Below are positions 28,554-42,431 of a DNA stretch of 64,000 nt, piece after piece. The stretch spans positions 992,001 through 1,056,000 of the forward strand of contig JBLDXI010000017.1 of the NCBI GenBank assembly GCA_047495785.1. The letters run 5' to 3'. Within the stretch, counting starts at the first letter, position 1. The number at the start of each line of letters is the position of its first letter. The position numbers were made by a program, and so were the translations under genes. Under the pieces are notes generated by a model that ran no database searches, was not told where the DNA came from, and worked only from the letters and a program-made list of their open reading frames with translations. This DNA is from Lepidodermella squamata (Eukaryota; Animalia; Gastrotricha).

Positions 28554-30780
28554 AGCCAACAATTTTTTATTGCGGCATGTTATGGACGCGCAGCTTTTAG
28601 CCGAATTCAAGACTCTTGCAAAATCTCTGTTCGATTCAAATGAAAGGCAGTTCCTGCAGAAAACTATAACATCTTACAAAGATGATGAAGATTTTGAGCG
28701 GCTTCTTGAATCACTGAAGACGATAATTGTATCAGTTGATCAATGCCAAATTCTTCCATTCGTTAAACTATTCCTGCTACGAAAGCACCGCAATCTCGCC
28801 AAGCGATTATGCGAATCAGAATTTGTTACAGAAGATGAAAGGATTCATCAACGGGATGGCTCTAAAGTTATCGAACGAATGAACAGTGTACAACAGGAAT
28901 ATTCTCGCGCCTCATCGATCTCCAGTGGAAAGAAAAAGCATCTTCTTTCAGCCGTCATTGTTAGGAAAATGAATGAATCTCTGGGTATTGGCATTAGAGG
29001 CGGAATAGACTTTGGCTGTGGCATATTTGTAAGTGACGTTCAACCCGACTCTCCCGCCGCAAAAGCTGGCCTACAAGTCGGAGATCAAATTATTTTTGTC
29101 AACAACGTCAGTTTCGAATCAATCACAGCTAATGCAGCTGCTAGATTTCTGGCGTCTGCTTTCCCACCTCCTAATGCTAACAATGGTTCTCGGCTCAGAT
29201 TAGTATTCACCAGGACGGGAATGGTTCCCGCACATCGCACTAATCGTGAACGCATGGCTTGGAACGACGTCAGATCGGGAGCAACTGTTTTTGGTGTGTA
29301 TCAGTCTAATGACAACTCCCAGGCTCTTCATTTACCACCTCTGCCAGCTCATGTGGAAGCGACCGGTGGGCTGCAGGAATATGTTGTTAATTTTCACGTG
29401 ACGCTCAGCTTCGCAATAAGAGGCGGACGAGATTTCGGCCTGGGGATTTACATTTCAGCTGTCGGAAGCAAGGATTCTGACGCCGATCAATTGAGGCACG
29501 TTGAGCTCAAACCTGGCGATGAAATTGTTGCGGTAAATGGCAGGGAAATCCAGCCAATGCGCCACTCCCAAGCAGTTGATTTTTTGAGACAGCAGAAGCA
29601 TTTAGCACTGACTGTGAAGCATGTGGGAAAGTATCCGCTATTCAAAGAAATTTCTTCAGAGGTGACATGGATTGTCGCCAATCCAGATCCGAATAATCCG
29701 GCTCCCACTACAGCAACAAATAGCGTTAGGACGGAATTACCGTGGGAGACCGTGGTTACTGTCCGAAGGAATTTGCCCAACGCTAATGGCGACTATTCTA
29801 GTGCAAGAATGTTACCACAAAACAGTCAGCGCAGTCTATCGTTCAGCTTGGCAAAGAGCTCATCGGGAAGTTTGGTTATTGATGCAGCTAACACTCAACA
29901 CCACACCCGACAGCTGCAAAATACAGGCGGATCGCTGCGATCATCTTGGACAGCTTCGGCATCCGGAGGCTCTGGTAACGGCTCCGTTATTTCTCAACCG
30001 GCCAAAGATAGCTTTGTATTTCACTCAACTCGCCGCCGACCAGTTCAACCCGCCAGAACACCGATTTCGACTATTCATTTCGACGAGACGAACAACTCAT
30101 CGCCTTACTGTGACGCCTCTGATTTTCAGTTGCATTTGAAAGAAAGTGCGAGCAATTTGTCTGGTCTGCTGCAAAATCAATCGATGACCAGCTTTGACGC
30201 CGCAAACGCTCGCATTTCTAGACAATGCAGTAGTAATAATAACTACGATCACGTGATTTTCGGCGAAGATCAGCGCCAGCAAACTGGGCTTCCTCCACAT
30301 CCAAGACCGAGTGGTCAGCGTAGAAGTGGGAGCGAATATGAAATCAAGCCAAGTGCAGTTCGCTTTACAGAGGACTCACAAAACATCGAGGCTATAACTT
30401 CAAACGTGAGTTATATGAGAACTTGTCAAGAAATGGGTTTCAACCAGGAATCTGCGCTTCGTCCGCCTTCAGTCGCTGTAAAAGGAAAACATACAACTTT
30501 GATTAAACTACCGAAGCGACCTGATACGAGTTTGGGCCTTGGAGTTTCGGGCGGTGGAGATTCTCCCGATCAGTGCCTTAGAATTGATCACGCCTTACCT
30601 GATAGTATTGCTGGCGAAGCGGTGGCTAATGGTCTTCTCCAGCCTGGGTGCCTTTTATTGGCTGTAGATGGCCAGTCATTGGTCGGAGCTACTCACGAGG
30701 ATGCCGTTAGTTTGATACGGCGATGCTTCCGCGATGCCTCGAAACCGACTTTGAATTTGCTCATATCTACCAATGGCTGA
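28554..30780 (+). CDS. WHRN: Whirlin/PDZD7-like scaffold (harmonin-homology domain + PDZ1 + PDZ2 + C-terminal PDZ); 5' end uncertain
   Basis: HHD-like helix bundle LLAEFKTLAKSLF..QILPFVK; LGIGIRGGIDFGCGIFVS; FAIRGGRDFGLGIYIS; SLGLGVSGG..GATHEDAVSLIRRCF. Acceptor AG at 28552-28553. Confidence 0.8.
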
Positions 30781-31196
30781 CGAGCTCATCATTTTTTATA
30801 TGATTTTTATTGCCTATCGTGCCCAATTGTTTTCGTGCTAATTTATTGTTTATACCTCAATTTTATTGTGTTTATATCGATATTTATAATCATTTGCTCA
30901 TATTACGCGGAAGAAGAATCAAAAAGATGCCAAAGCCATACATGTTTTACCGTACCTATATTATATTAAATCGTGGTGCTTTGTGTCCAATTAAGAAGTC
31001 AGTTTTCTACTTTAGTTTTGAGATGTGATTCAGATATTATTTCAGCCCTCTTCCACCAATTTAATTTCAGCGTTTTACGAGTATTATTGTAAACGTTTCA
31101 CCGATTTATTCCTGATTTTTTTGAAAAATGTTAATAAAAATATTTGTAATAATTTTTTGTGATTTTATTTTTTAGGTTTTAAGTGAATTTTAATTA

Positions 31197-34100
31197 ATGC
31201 CAAGCGCAGGAGCCGTCGCGCCTCCTGTTATTAGGGTGAGTTTTCAAAATGTTTCAAGCATTCAATTTTTTATTTAAATTTTTTGTAGCCTCTTCGGCCG
31301 CCGATTCCTGGCCGTTCAGCAGTTCACATCGACTCGGCGACTTACTTGGAAATTTACACCGAAACACCCAACTGCAAAATCTACTTCACGACAGATGGAA
31401 CTAAGCCCGATGCGTTTCAAAGCCGATCGGGCAAAGAATCAACGCATCGATACCGCGCGCCCTTCTCGCTAAACCCAGGCCGGCGCCTCCTTAAAACAAT
31501 CGCAGTGTCACGTGACGGCCTGCGACAGAGCGATGTTGTCTCGCGATCATTCCTCGTCGACGACGCAAATGGCCCGAGCGTACCGCCACCATACGACGAA
31601 GAAATAACCGAACTTACAACAACCGGGCCGTCAGATATCGATGACGTAGTCGACTTCCGCGATCCGAATCACAACAAAGTGGTTCGGTATAAGAAAATCA
31701 ATAAGCCAGTCGCGCCGAGTCGTGAAATTGTTGAGGAGATCTATGAAGAGACAATCGCCTCAGATGACGATATGATGACCGATACTTCAAGGACGTTAGT
31801 TTCGGTCCGGCGAACCCCGGGTGGGTTACCTAGGTCTGCCTCAACGACTGAGGTGACGACGGTTTACAAACGACCCATGTCGGCCTCGAATTCAGTCTCG
31901 CATTTCGGACCTCCTCCTACTCCTTCGATTATCGTTGATGGCAATCGGGTTGGGGCAGTTATGCCCCCACCCCCGCCCCCTGTTGGCTACTACCAAACCC
32001 CACCCCCTCCACCGCCTTACCCGGTCATGGGTGCCGCTTTTGCCTGGGGCCCTCAGCCGCCTCAGCCGATCAATCGCCTCGGCTATATGACGGATAAAAT
32101 GATTCAGAGATTGGAGGAATCTCGCGATTTTACGGTGGCTGAAATGCGGCGAACTATTGAAGATTCTCGTCGGGCCGCGTCCCCGCCGCCCGGGCCCCAT
32201 TTTGCGATAATGCCACCGCCGCAAATGGAGCAGCAGCCCCAACCCCAGCCAGCCCAAGTGCCGAATTTCGTGAAGGAACCACCCCTTCACGCTGTCTCGC
32301 CTGGAAACGGGCTGTGGCGAGAACAGGTCGAGCATATCTACGCTCATTTGCTTCAGTACGCTAAGGACCACGTCGGGTTTCGAGTCGCTATTGCCGAGCC
32401 AAGGTTGGGCGACATTTCCGGGCTCGAATTTGAGGAAACTGAGGAAAGCTACGTCTTAAGATTGGAACTATCCCGTTTCGACCAGCCTGTTACTCCGGCT
32501 GTTCGGGAAAAGGCGATAAAGCCAACTCGGGTTACGAAACCTGGACCTAGACCAGCTACGACAGTTGCAGTTCATAAACCACCCCCGAGACGGGAGGAGC
32601 CGCCACCTGAACCACCCAAAGTCGCGAAAAGACCCTCAGTTCAAGAGGAAAAGCCTCTAATCCGAAAACCCCCAGCTGAAGAGAAGAAGGAGAAGGAAAA
32701 GGAGAAAATTGAGTCGTATCTAAAGACTGAAGAAGACCAAAATTGCGAGGGAACGATCAAGCCATTGCCGTTCCACAACCCGGAGAAAGACTGCGAAGTA
32801 TTGCGGAAGGCGATGAAAGGTCTCGGAACGGATGAGAAGGCGATAATTGAGATAATGGGTGCGCGTTCAGCGGCTCAGCGCGTTGAAATTGCGAACAAGT
32901 TCAAATTTATGTACGGCCGAGATTTGGTTTCGGATTTCGAGAGTGAGACGAGTGGTAACTTTCGGGATGCCCTTGTTGCGCTCTGCCTGTCGCCGGCTGA
33001 TTACGATGCGTCTCAAGTTCGGCGAGCGGTTAAAGGAGCTGGCACAGACGAGGATTGCCTCATTGAGATTATTTGTACCAGGACAAATGCGCAAATCGCT
33101 ATGCTGAAAGAAGCTTACAAGAAAGGTAAGTAAAGTCAATGTAGGTTTACATGCTGCTGATAATTTTTTAAATTTCACTTGAAAATAAAAAAAACCCACA
33201 AAAAATGCGCATAATTTTTAATAAGATAACCTTACGTGACCCAATTTTGCGACACATTTGGGAGAGTGGAAAAACTATTGAAATTTCGCGGCCATGAAAT
33301 AAATTAGTCATGGTACATACCTTAGACACGATCAAATTTCGCTTTATTTCGTTAGAAATTTCGTTATAAATTAATCCGAAATAATTAATTAAATTTAAGT
33401 TTTTTGACAATGAATATCATATTATCGGAGACACCATGCATGATATATGGAATAACCTTAAAATTCAAAAACTTGAACATTTCAAAAATTAAAATTGAAG
33501 TGTAATTGTTAATTGAGGGGGTCAATTTTTGGTGGAGTACCTAAGTTAACCATCTGCGAAATTTAATTGTGTCTAAGGTATGTACCATAATTAGTTGAGC
33601 CTTTTTCTTAGGGCGCTAAAGCGTAAGCTGCGCTCTTTAATTAATGAAAATAATTTCATCAACAATTTTCTTTTATTTTGTCTAGCTTTCAACCGGGACA
33701 TGGAGAAAGATGTGATCGATGATACATCGGGCGATTTCAAACGCCTCATGGTTTCGCTCATGCAGGGTAATCGCGACGAATCCAAGACTTACGACATGGC
33801 CATAGTGAAGGAGGACGCTAAGGTTCGTCAACATTTTCGCCACCTTAAAATTCAGCGTTTTCAATTTCAATTTTATTTCAGGCGTTATACGACGCTGGCG
33901 AGGGTAAGAAGTGGGGCACGGAAGAGTCTGTATTCAACAAGATCATCGGCTCACGCTCATATGCGCACTTGCGCGCTGTTTTCGATGCGTACAAGCAGTT
34001 CTCGAAAAAGGATATCGAGGACGCGCTAAAATCGGAAATGAGCGGCGATCTACTCCGCGGCCTGCTCACTGTTGTCCGCTGTATTCGCAACAAACACGCG

Positions 34101-36180
34101 TTTTTCGCCCTCGCCCTGTACAAATCAATGAAGGGCCTCGGCACCGACGACAAAGCCCTCGTCCGCATTTGCATCACCCGATGTGAAATCGATATGGTTC
34201 AAATTAAACAGGAATTCCAGCAGAAATACAACCAGTCACTTGTCGATTTCATTAAAGACGATACCAGTGGCGATTATAGAGATTTAATCTTGAAATTGGT
34301 CAATGGAAATGCCGATGCCTGCGCCGCGTCCCAAGCCGCTGGCCCTACAACAGTTCAACCGGGTGAAATTAAGGAGGAGGCTGTTAAAGAGAATACGGAA
34401 AGGCCAGCTGAGAAAATTGATTACTTCCAAACTGAACCCGAGCTAGACCAAACTCCGACGTTGAAGCCGTTCCCGAATTTCAACGCGAGTCAAGATTGCG
34501 AAGTCTTACGAAAGGCGATGAAGGGTCTAGGCACTGATGAGAAGGCAATAATTAATGTTATGGCCTTCAGGTCAATAACTCAGCGTCTTGAGATTGTGAA
34601 GCAGTTTAGAGTTATGTTTGGCAAAGATTTGGAGAAGGAGTTGATTTCGGAGACGAGTGGAAATTTCAAGGAATGTCTCGTGGCGCTGTGCAAGAGCCCG
34701 GAAGAATATGATTGCCTTGAACTGCGACGTGCTATGAAAGGTAAGAAATTTTTTGACTGCTTTGAAACATTTCGATTTCAGATAAATCAAATTCGATTTT
34801 ATTGCCATAATAAATTTAGGTTTAGATTTTTCCAAAATGAGAGTTTCACGGCGTCCTTAGATCTCCCTTTTCTTATTGTGATACCTAACCGATAGGTCTT
34901 ACTTTTGCGCGTATTTTGCGCTATCGGCGGTTAGTTTGTGAGTTATACTTCGGCCTGCAGAGCCGATATCGATTTCAAGTATCGATTTTACAAATCAGTG
35001 ATTTTTCCGATATTAGAAATATAGGAAGCTAATAAAATTTAAATATTTCTAATTAGGTGATGGTACCTTGTCGTTGAAAAAAATCCTAGGGTCATGGGGA
35101 CATAAGTATTGAGGGAAAACAAAGAAAATTTAGAAATTGCAAAGAATCTGAAAAATTCAGTTTTAGAATGCCCGTATTTAGTGTCGAAGCCTCAATTTTT
35201 CAAATAATATAGAAGAATTTTCCTATAAAATGCCAATTTCTCCGTTGAAATCGCGGATAATAGATGGGAAATCGAAATAATTCAGAAAAAAAATTGCAAA
35301 TTTGAAAATTTGCGGGTAAGTTATGGGACACTGTAGGAGGGCTCTAAAATCGTCGTTTCAGCTTAAAATGAGTTTTTCGAATTTCGCTTTTCCGAATTCA
35401 AAAAATTAGGGCAAGCAAATTTGTCTAAGGTATGCACGAGCTATCTTATTTTTGCTTCAATATTGTCGAATTTTGATTTATTAATTGTTTTTTTTTCCAA
35501 TATTTTCAGGTGCTGGAACTGACGAAGATGCGTTGATAGAAATAATTTGTACCCGTACGAACAAGCAGCTCGACGTGATAAAAGCCAAGTACAAGGAGAT
35601 GTTCAACGGCCGCGATCTCGAGAAAGACGTTGTCGACGATACGAGCGGCGATTTCAAACACGTCCTTGTGTCCCTGCTGCAGGCTGCCCGGCCTGAAACC
35701 CGAAAATACGACATGAACCAGGTGAAAGCCGACGCTCAGGCGCTGCTAGACGCCGGCGCCAAGTGGACAACGGAAAAGGCGAAATTTGTCGAAATTCTAT
35801 GCAGCCGGCCTTATTCGCATCTGCGAGCTGTTTTCGATGAATTCAGCAAACTATCGAAAACGCCCAACATGGAAGATTACCTCAAGAAGGAGATGAGTGG
35901 CGACATTTTGCGCAGTCTCCTCACCGTTGTTAGAGTCATTCGCAATAAGGCCGGCTTTTTCGCGTTAGCCCTGCAAAAGTCGATGAAGGGCCTAGGTACC
36001 GATGACAAAATGCTGACGCGTATTGTGATAAGCCGCTGTGAGATTGATATGGTTCAGATTAAGCAGGAATTCCAGAAGCAATTCAACGCAAGTTTAGCCG
36101 ACTGGATAAAGGACGATACAAGTGGCGACTATCGCCGCACTTTAATGGCCCTTATCGGCGAACCAATGCCTGCTAAATAA
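31197..36180 (+). CDS. DZANK1-type N-terminal domains fused to an eight-repeat (double-core) annexin (exons 31197-31235, 31289-33125, 33686-33822, 33882-34740, 35510-36180; ~1180 aa)
   Basis: N-terminus MPSAGAVAPPVIRPLRPPIPG..HIDSATYLEIYTETPNCKIYFTTDGTKP and VSPGNGLWREQVEHIYAHL..FRVAIAEPRLG (DZANK1-like). Eight annexin repeats follow (MKGLGTDE, VKGAGTDE, KWGTEE, MKGLGTDD, then a second set). Spliced length 3543 nt is in frame. Confidence 0.9.
33305..33592. mobile_element. MITE in annexin intron 2
   Basis: ~38-bp terminal inverted repeats with a perfect 20-bp core ATGGTACATACCTTAGACAC / GTGTCTAAGGTATGTACCAT. A related end (TTGTCTAAGGTATGCACGAGCT) lies at ~35421-35442. Confidence 0.75.
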
Positions 36181-36688
36181 GCAAATTCATTTGTCTGTGA
36201 TACCTTTTTCTTAGTTTTTGACAATTTTTCTGTTGTGGCGTGAGCTGAAAGCTGATTTCATCAATTATACATTGAATTTTTCACGAATTTTTCTAAATAG
36301 CACACTGAATTATTTGACGAATAATAATAACGAGACCTATGCAAAGGCAGTTACTGCCTGAAATTTTTAAAAGTCTCGACTCGTGGTTTTTTCTGTGATA
36401 TAATAAAATTAATATAATATAATTCCATTGTAAATAAAAGGCTGTAAATAGTGACAAAAATCGTCTTTTCTTTATTAATGCGTTCTCAATTTTTATCCAA
36501 GCGAAAAATTATATAATTTTTTATATCAACATTTGTTCTCCATTGTCAAGGTTCCATTGTCTTGTTTTGCCGCGCGTATAACAAAAATTAGGAAGATAAT
36601 GTCGATATTTTTTGCGATATTCTGTTTTAGTGCAAACACGATTTTTCAAAGGGTTCAGTAGCCGTACACAACAAAAAATTAGGCGACG

Positions 36689-39600
36689 CTATGAAAGGTG
36701 AAAAAATCTAGCTGCTAGAGAAGCTGTTACAACAACAAGTGGGTAGACGCGATTCGATACGGCTGCGTTCCTGTGAGACGTTAACCGACGCCATAAATCG
36801 GTTGATCTCTCGTAGAAATTGGTATCGATTGAGTCGATAGTGTCCAGGGAGGCGACGGATCCGGCTGAAAGGCGGTTATCATTGACAAAAGCCGGCTCTG
36901 TTACTGGCGGCCAGCTGCATGCATCTGGAAAAGATTTAAAAAGTTTGTAGAAAAATTCAATATTTTTTTTTAAATTTTAATGAATATTTTACCTTGAGGA
37001 TTGAAAGCAAAGCCGATGAATTCGTGGCGATCGTTTGATTTATTGCTGTTGAAACTGGCAGAATTCGGCGAACTGAAATTAACTTGACTACTCAACCAGC
37101 AGTTTGGATTCGGAATCAGCTTCGAAACAATCGAAGGTATCCCGTTATGTTGCAAAATCTACGAAAAAATAATTAGCAATTGCTAGAAAAAGCCGAAAAA
37201 AAACGTACAAAACAAGCGAGTGGTTCGCGTTTATCGCCCGTTGTAGGCACAACAGGGGCGAAAAGTAGGTTGTCGGTTACGTAATCTCGTCGCCATCGGT
37301 AGGCACACCGTTGCACGGCAAAAAATAGCGACAACTCAGGGTCACTTTCTGAGGAACACGTCGAGCCTTTCCTCGAGACTAAGTAGAAGAGCTCGTCATT
37401 TTTCCGAGTAATTTCTTCACGTTTTTTTGCCAGAGATTCGCATAGACGGACTAAGCATGGTCGACCTAGCACAGCCTCATAGTCGTTCGGCATTTTGATA
37501 GCTGATGTTTGAAGGTGGTGTGGGGCGATTTTGTGCCCGGATAAATACCCAGGCATGGCTATGGAAAGACATTCATGGGCGGATTGGCCCGAAAACACGC
37601 CGCTGTTGACCAATAGCACGCGGTGGTCTTCGTTATTGCCGGCGCAGACCGAACTCGGCGGACCGTGACCCGGTGACCCCAAAACCAGCTCAACCACGTG
37701 ACGATCTCGTTGGTAAAATTTAACGCACCGGTACGTTAATTTTGACTTGGTTTTTGGAGGTAGGGTAGTAACAGGCAAGGGCGGTTGCTGCCTTTGAGCT
37801 CGTTTCGCTGTTCCGGCTTCAAAGCCCAACCCTGTCGAATTTTTGTCGTTTCCTAAGAAATTCGAGCAGGTGAAGTCGTTCGGAACATTTCGCCGAATTT
37901 TCGCGGAATTATTGTGTTTCCCGTGAACGACTTGATAAACAGCCTGGTAAATCCGGCTCGTTGGGTCGCCGCCTATCTCAGGCTCAACGCAGCTAAGGTG
38001 GATTGAGGTTCGATGTCCCAAACCAGGGTGGTCATCGATGTGTAGCGTAAAACTAGACGAGCTTGTTGGGACAAGCTGGTAAGACGAAGCATCAGTCGAA
38101 AGCCAGTTTTTCGCCTGTAGAATGAAGCTAGGAAGATCACACTGTGAGTTGGAACCAGCCGGTACCAAGTTGGAACCCATGTATTCACGGTTATGTTTGG
38201 CGTTTTCTGGGCTTGTTAATCGAGAGGTTGAGGTAGAAGTTGGTATAGATGCGGTTGTAGTCTCGGCGACGAATTGAGTGAAGTGAAGCAGGTGGTATTT
38301 GGTGCCGGAATGAAGCCGACCGGTGTTTTGCTTCAAACTGACCCCATTTAGCTCAGAGCAATCGAAACCACTCGCAATCGCCATTGAAAATACCGAGCTG
38401 GAAAAGATAAGAAATATTCAAATCTTGCTAAAATTGTTCCAAAACAATGAAGACTTTTCATCCATTGAAAACAAAAAATTGAAATTAAAAATTTGACAAC
38501 TTTGAAAAATTCCTTTTGCGTCTAAATATTTGAGCCAAAAAATTCGAAAGTCCAGAACAGTATTCAAGGATCTTCAATTTCCGATTTTTATTTAATTTTC
38601 GCAATTTTTCGCAACAAATACCAAATGACCCTTGGCTACCTAGTATGTAAAAGCTCAATGTCTGGCTTCCTAGAATGGTGATATCGAAAAATCCCTGATT
38701 TTTAAATACCAAATAAAATAAGGGAAATCGATTTCAGTTCTGAAATTTTACCCGTAAACTACATTTTGTAAAATTTGAAAGTTTGAAATTTTTGAAAATT
38801 ATAGATCTGGAACCTTAAATTCTGAGTGCAACCCAATCTAAATTCCAATTTTTCAATCAATTTTAAATTCAATTTTACCTCATGTGGTGTTTTTTGGGCA
38901 TGTGATACGCCGCGCACCGAATTTGCGACGGTTGCGAGCTGAATTGAAGCCGAACAAAAGCGTAAACATGCTGATGTTCCGCAGCGATGATGCTAACAGT
39001 AGAATCAGCCTTCCAGCTCGCCAGGCATTCAAACGCAAAAGCGCCTCGAAATTTATCCGCCAAATCACAGGTAGATGCGCCGAGGGCTAAATTCACGCTT
39101 CGCTGGTCGACGCACGCCGTAGCACTCGAGGCGCAATTCGCGTATTCATACGCGACTAAATACTGGCCGAAATCGAACGGGCAAGGCGATTGGCGAACAT
39201 CGGATATTTTAAGCAGGGTCAACAGCGGCAAACTCGGGCTTAGCGCCGCGCAAACTCGATACAACGTATCAGCCCCGGCGTTATTCGGTGCGGCTAGGCA
39301 TTGCAAAGCCGTTGTCCGCATTTGAACGACAAATGGTGACGATTTCCGGTCGACGAAAAGGCACCGGTAACACCGTTCATGCTCGTTATTGTTATTAGAA
39401 TGCTCGATTAGGCTGAATTTCTGCGATGCGGCTGCGCATCGGCCAAACGGGCGGATGAAGCTGCCGCTGACGGATAGATTGAAATAGCCGCCGAATAGCT
39501 TCGAGCTGAAGCCGAGCCAAACAGCGTTGAGATTCGGTGGCAGCTGCGGTGTTGGCGTGACTTGAACAGGTGTTGTCTCGCTAGTAGCATCCTCCTCATC

Positions 39601-39801
39601 GAGCTCTTCATCCTCGTCGCCGCAAATCGGTATGAACGCATTACCAGCCTCGCTGAGGCGTTTTTGCCGAATTTTCACCAATTTGTTGTAAATCGCTGAT
39701 GAGCCATCGTTGCAAGAGGAGAGGGTGAGCACAACAGAGAGGAAAACGGCCACTATCAAAGCGGCCTTTGACAGACTCAACAAGTTTTCAAACGCTCCCA
39801 T
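36689..39801 (-). CDS. Secreted, probably GPI-anchored Cys-rich protein resembling the invertebrate DUF7042/7043/7044 family (exons 39801-38879, 38397-37209, 37158-36993, 36924-36689; ~837 aa)
   Basis: Signal peptide; CYRCL, SPCPF, FECLASW, IRCAAY and YRCVKFYQR..VVEL motifs; C-terminus RNAAVSNRVYPLVVVTASLAARFFHLS. Exons join in frame. Family assignment is from memory only. Confidence 0.65.
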
Positions 39802-42431
39802 TTTGACGAAAATCGCACGAATAAAAATGTCATGTTTAAACGTTGAATATAACAAAAAAATGTACCTAAAAAATAACAAAAAATATTATTTTTAGGAAGC
39901 CGGTCCCTTTTGCGAAAAAATTTGGGAAGAAAGTTTTATAGCAAAATTTTAAGAAATAAAATGTGAAACTTCGCTGGTTCAGATCTGAATAATGAGAAGC
40001 GAGACTTCTTGTGTTATTTTAGTTTTAATCTATCAACAAAGGAAACGATTAGCGTCTTTTGGCTCGCAAGTTAGTTGGCTTTGTTGTTTGTTTTAGAACA
40101 GGCGAACAGGGCACACCTTTTGGCCGAGACGCGCGTGTTAAGCCGGGTGTAATATAATAATCGTATAATAAATTAGTTTTTACCGCGTGAGCGCGCGCTC
40201 TAGGGCAATAAGCTACATTTCGCGCAAGCGCGCGCGCGCGTGAGGCGATGCGATTTTCAAATACAAGTATCGCGAGTACATCAACACGCTTGCTAGGCAG
40301 TAACAAGAACAACAACAAGGTAGCAACCTTATATTTACACAACACCATACCACGTTCTATATGCAGGGTGAATATAATAATAATAATAAAACAAAACAAA
40401 CGCTTGTGGGCAGGATATATCGTGATATCGTTTGTCGCACCCTGCAGCTTTTAACCTGGTGCTGTGTTGAATCGATAAAATTAATTTTGCCCGGTGTATA
40501 ATTTATTTAATAAATAAAATGCGACTCGCTTATCTAGATAATATAAGTCTGGCGCGCTATTATTTATAATTATCAGCCGGCTGATTAGCGTTTTTGGCTG
40601 AATGATGCTCGGCCGGTCATCAGCGAATGTAATGTATAACGGTTGACTCTTTAAATAAAAGTCGCGCGCCAGCCCGCCGAGGCGTACCAAAATGACAGTT
40701 TCTAAATACGCATCTTTTCACACGCGCGCACTCGACAGGGTTGGTATATTATCGCCTAATAATAGTAATATAATAATGTTCAGTGGCAGTAGCATAATAA
40801 ACTGGGTGTGGTTATTAGTGTTAGTAGTATTTTTGTTCTCTCCTCTACTACTTCGCCTCGCCCCTTGTCAACAAGAAGTAAGAACAGAACGAGGCGCGCG
40901 AAAAGATGCGACGGCATGGTAATAATGACAGTAATAATATAATATAGCCCGTATTGTACTACTACTACCCAGAGCTGTAAACAACAACAACAATAACAAC
41001 AGCGCGATGTCAGTCAGCACATCACATTTTACGTCGCCTTGTCAAGCCAGCTTAATAATATCGCCATTTTGCGAGGCGCGCGTTGATTATCTATATATAT
41101 ATATGTTAGATGTATTACTAATAATGTGACGGATGAATAAAAATGAGAAGCGCGTTGATGTCCCATCGTCTCCGCGCGGCATAATAATGAACGCTCACTC
41201 CCTGTCACTCGTGTCACTCACTCACTCACGGCGATTATTTTTCGCGAGCAACTTTTCAAAAATCTAATGAGCCCAGCCGGGTGAGAAAAGTCACATTATT
41301 AAAAACAATGGCCAAATTTTTTCAATAAAATAATATCAATCGCGCGTAAAAATAAAAATAATACATCCACGGGCGGTGATGTAGAACAACAATAGCCTAG
41401 GTTAATCTAGAAAAACTACCTTTTTCTAATGCATGTTGTTGAAGAAACAAACAAACAAAAATATATCTATATCCTTAGCTTATTTTTCTCATCGATGTCC
41501 GTTCGATATGCGTGGCTGGTTTGTTAAGGCGGCGCATTAGGCGATTGTGCTGAAATGTGCCTGCCAATTTGCCGTACGGAGTGCTGTAATAAAAATCACC
41601 ACACCGAGTGATGGACGCGTCGATGGATGTATATCGCCCGGGCCAGGTCGAATATATCTATACTTGTGGGTATATACGCGGCAATATATTTCGTATAAAT
41701 AATCAATTAGTTGTGGCTCGTGTTTTCCTGCCCGACTGCGTGTAAGAGAGGCTAGCAAGCGGGCAGTCTGTAAAACACTCTTCGGGTACAGCAGCTGTTC
41801 GAAAACGCGCACACTCGACCCAAAAACCCGTTTATCGTCGAAGGCAGATCTCATATTATATACAACGTTTTTAAATTACATGCATTTTACATTGTGTTTA
41901 TACGCTCGTTTGGGCTGGGGCTATATTATGAAATTATGGCAACTAATATAACAATTGCGCATAATTGCTGTAATAATAATATATTTTTATTACGCGCTTA
42001 GTGCGCGCGCGTGTTTAAAAGCGCGCATGCGGCTACTTAAGGGCGGCGGGGTGAGGCCATTCGTCCGAGCGCGCCTCATCACTACAATCAGCACGAACAC
42101 TTCAGTAGTCGGCGTCTTTGATATACACCGGATATCGGCGTGAGGAGGATATTTCCTTTCACCAGCTGAAAGCTGAAATCATAATTGCGATTTAACAAGG
42201 CGGCTGAATAAAATCGATCGAATTCACAGTGGCAGGCGTAACAACGGTTAACACGTCGTGCGTTAAGACTTGGCTTCATTTCACCTACGACAGACACGTG
42301 TCTTCGCGGCCAATTAGCGCCTAGGTGACCGCACTTTCAACTTCCGCCCTTGTCAATATTTTTGTGTTAAGGTGACATCACGCAAATCTAGGTAGATCTT
42401 GTGAATAATTAATTCATACAGCGTCTTTTAT

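Noticed and set aside
40049-40922. Several short ORFs with hydrophobic stretches
   Set aside because: The hydrophobicity comes from AAT/TTG microrepeats; there is no splice-consistent model or homology.
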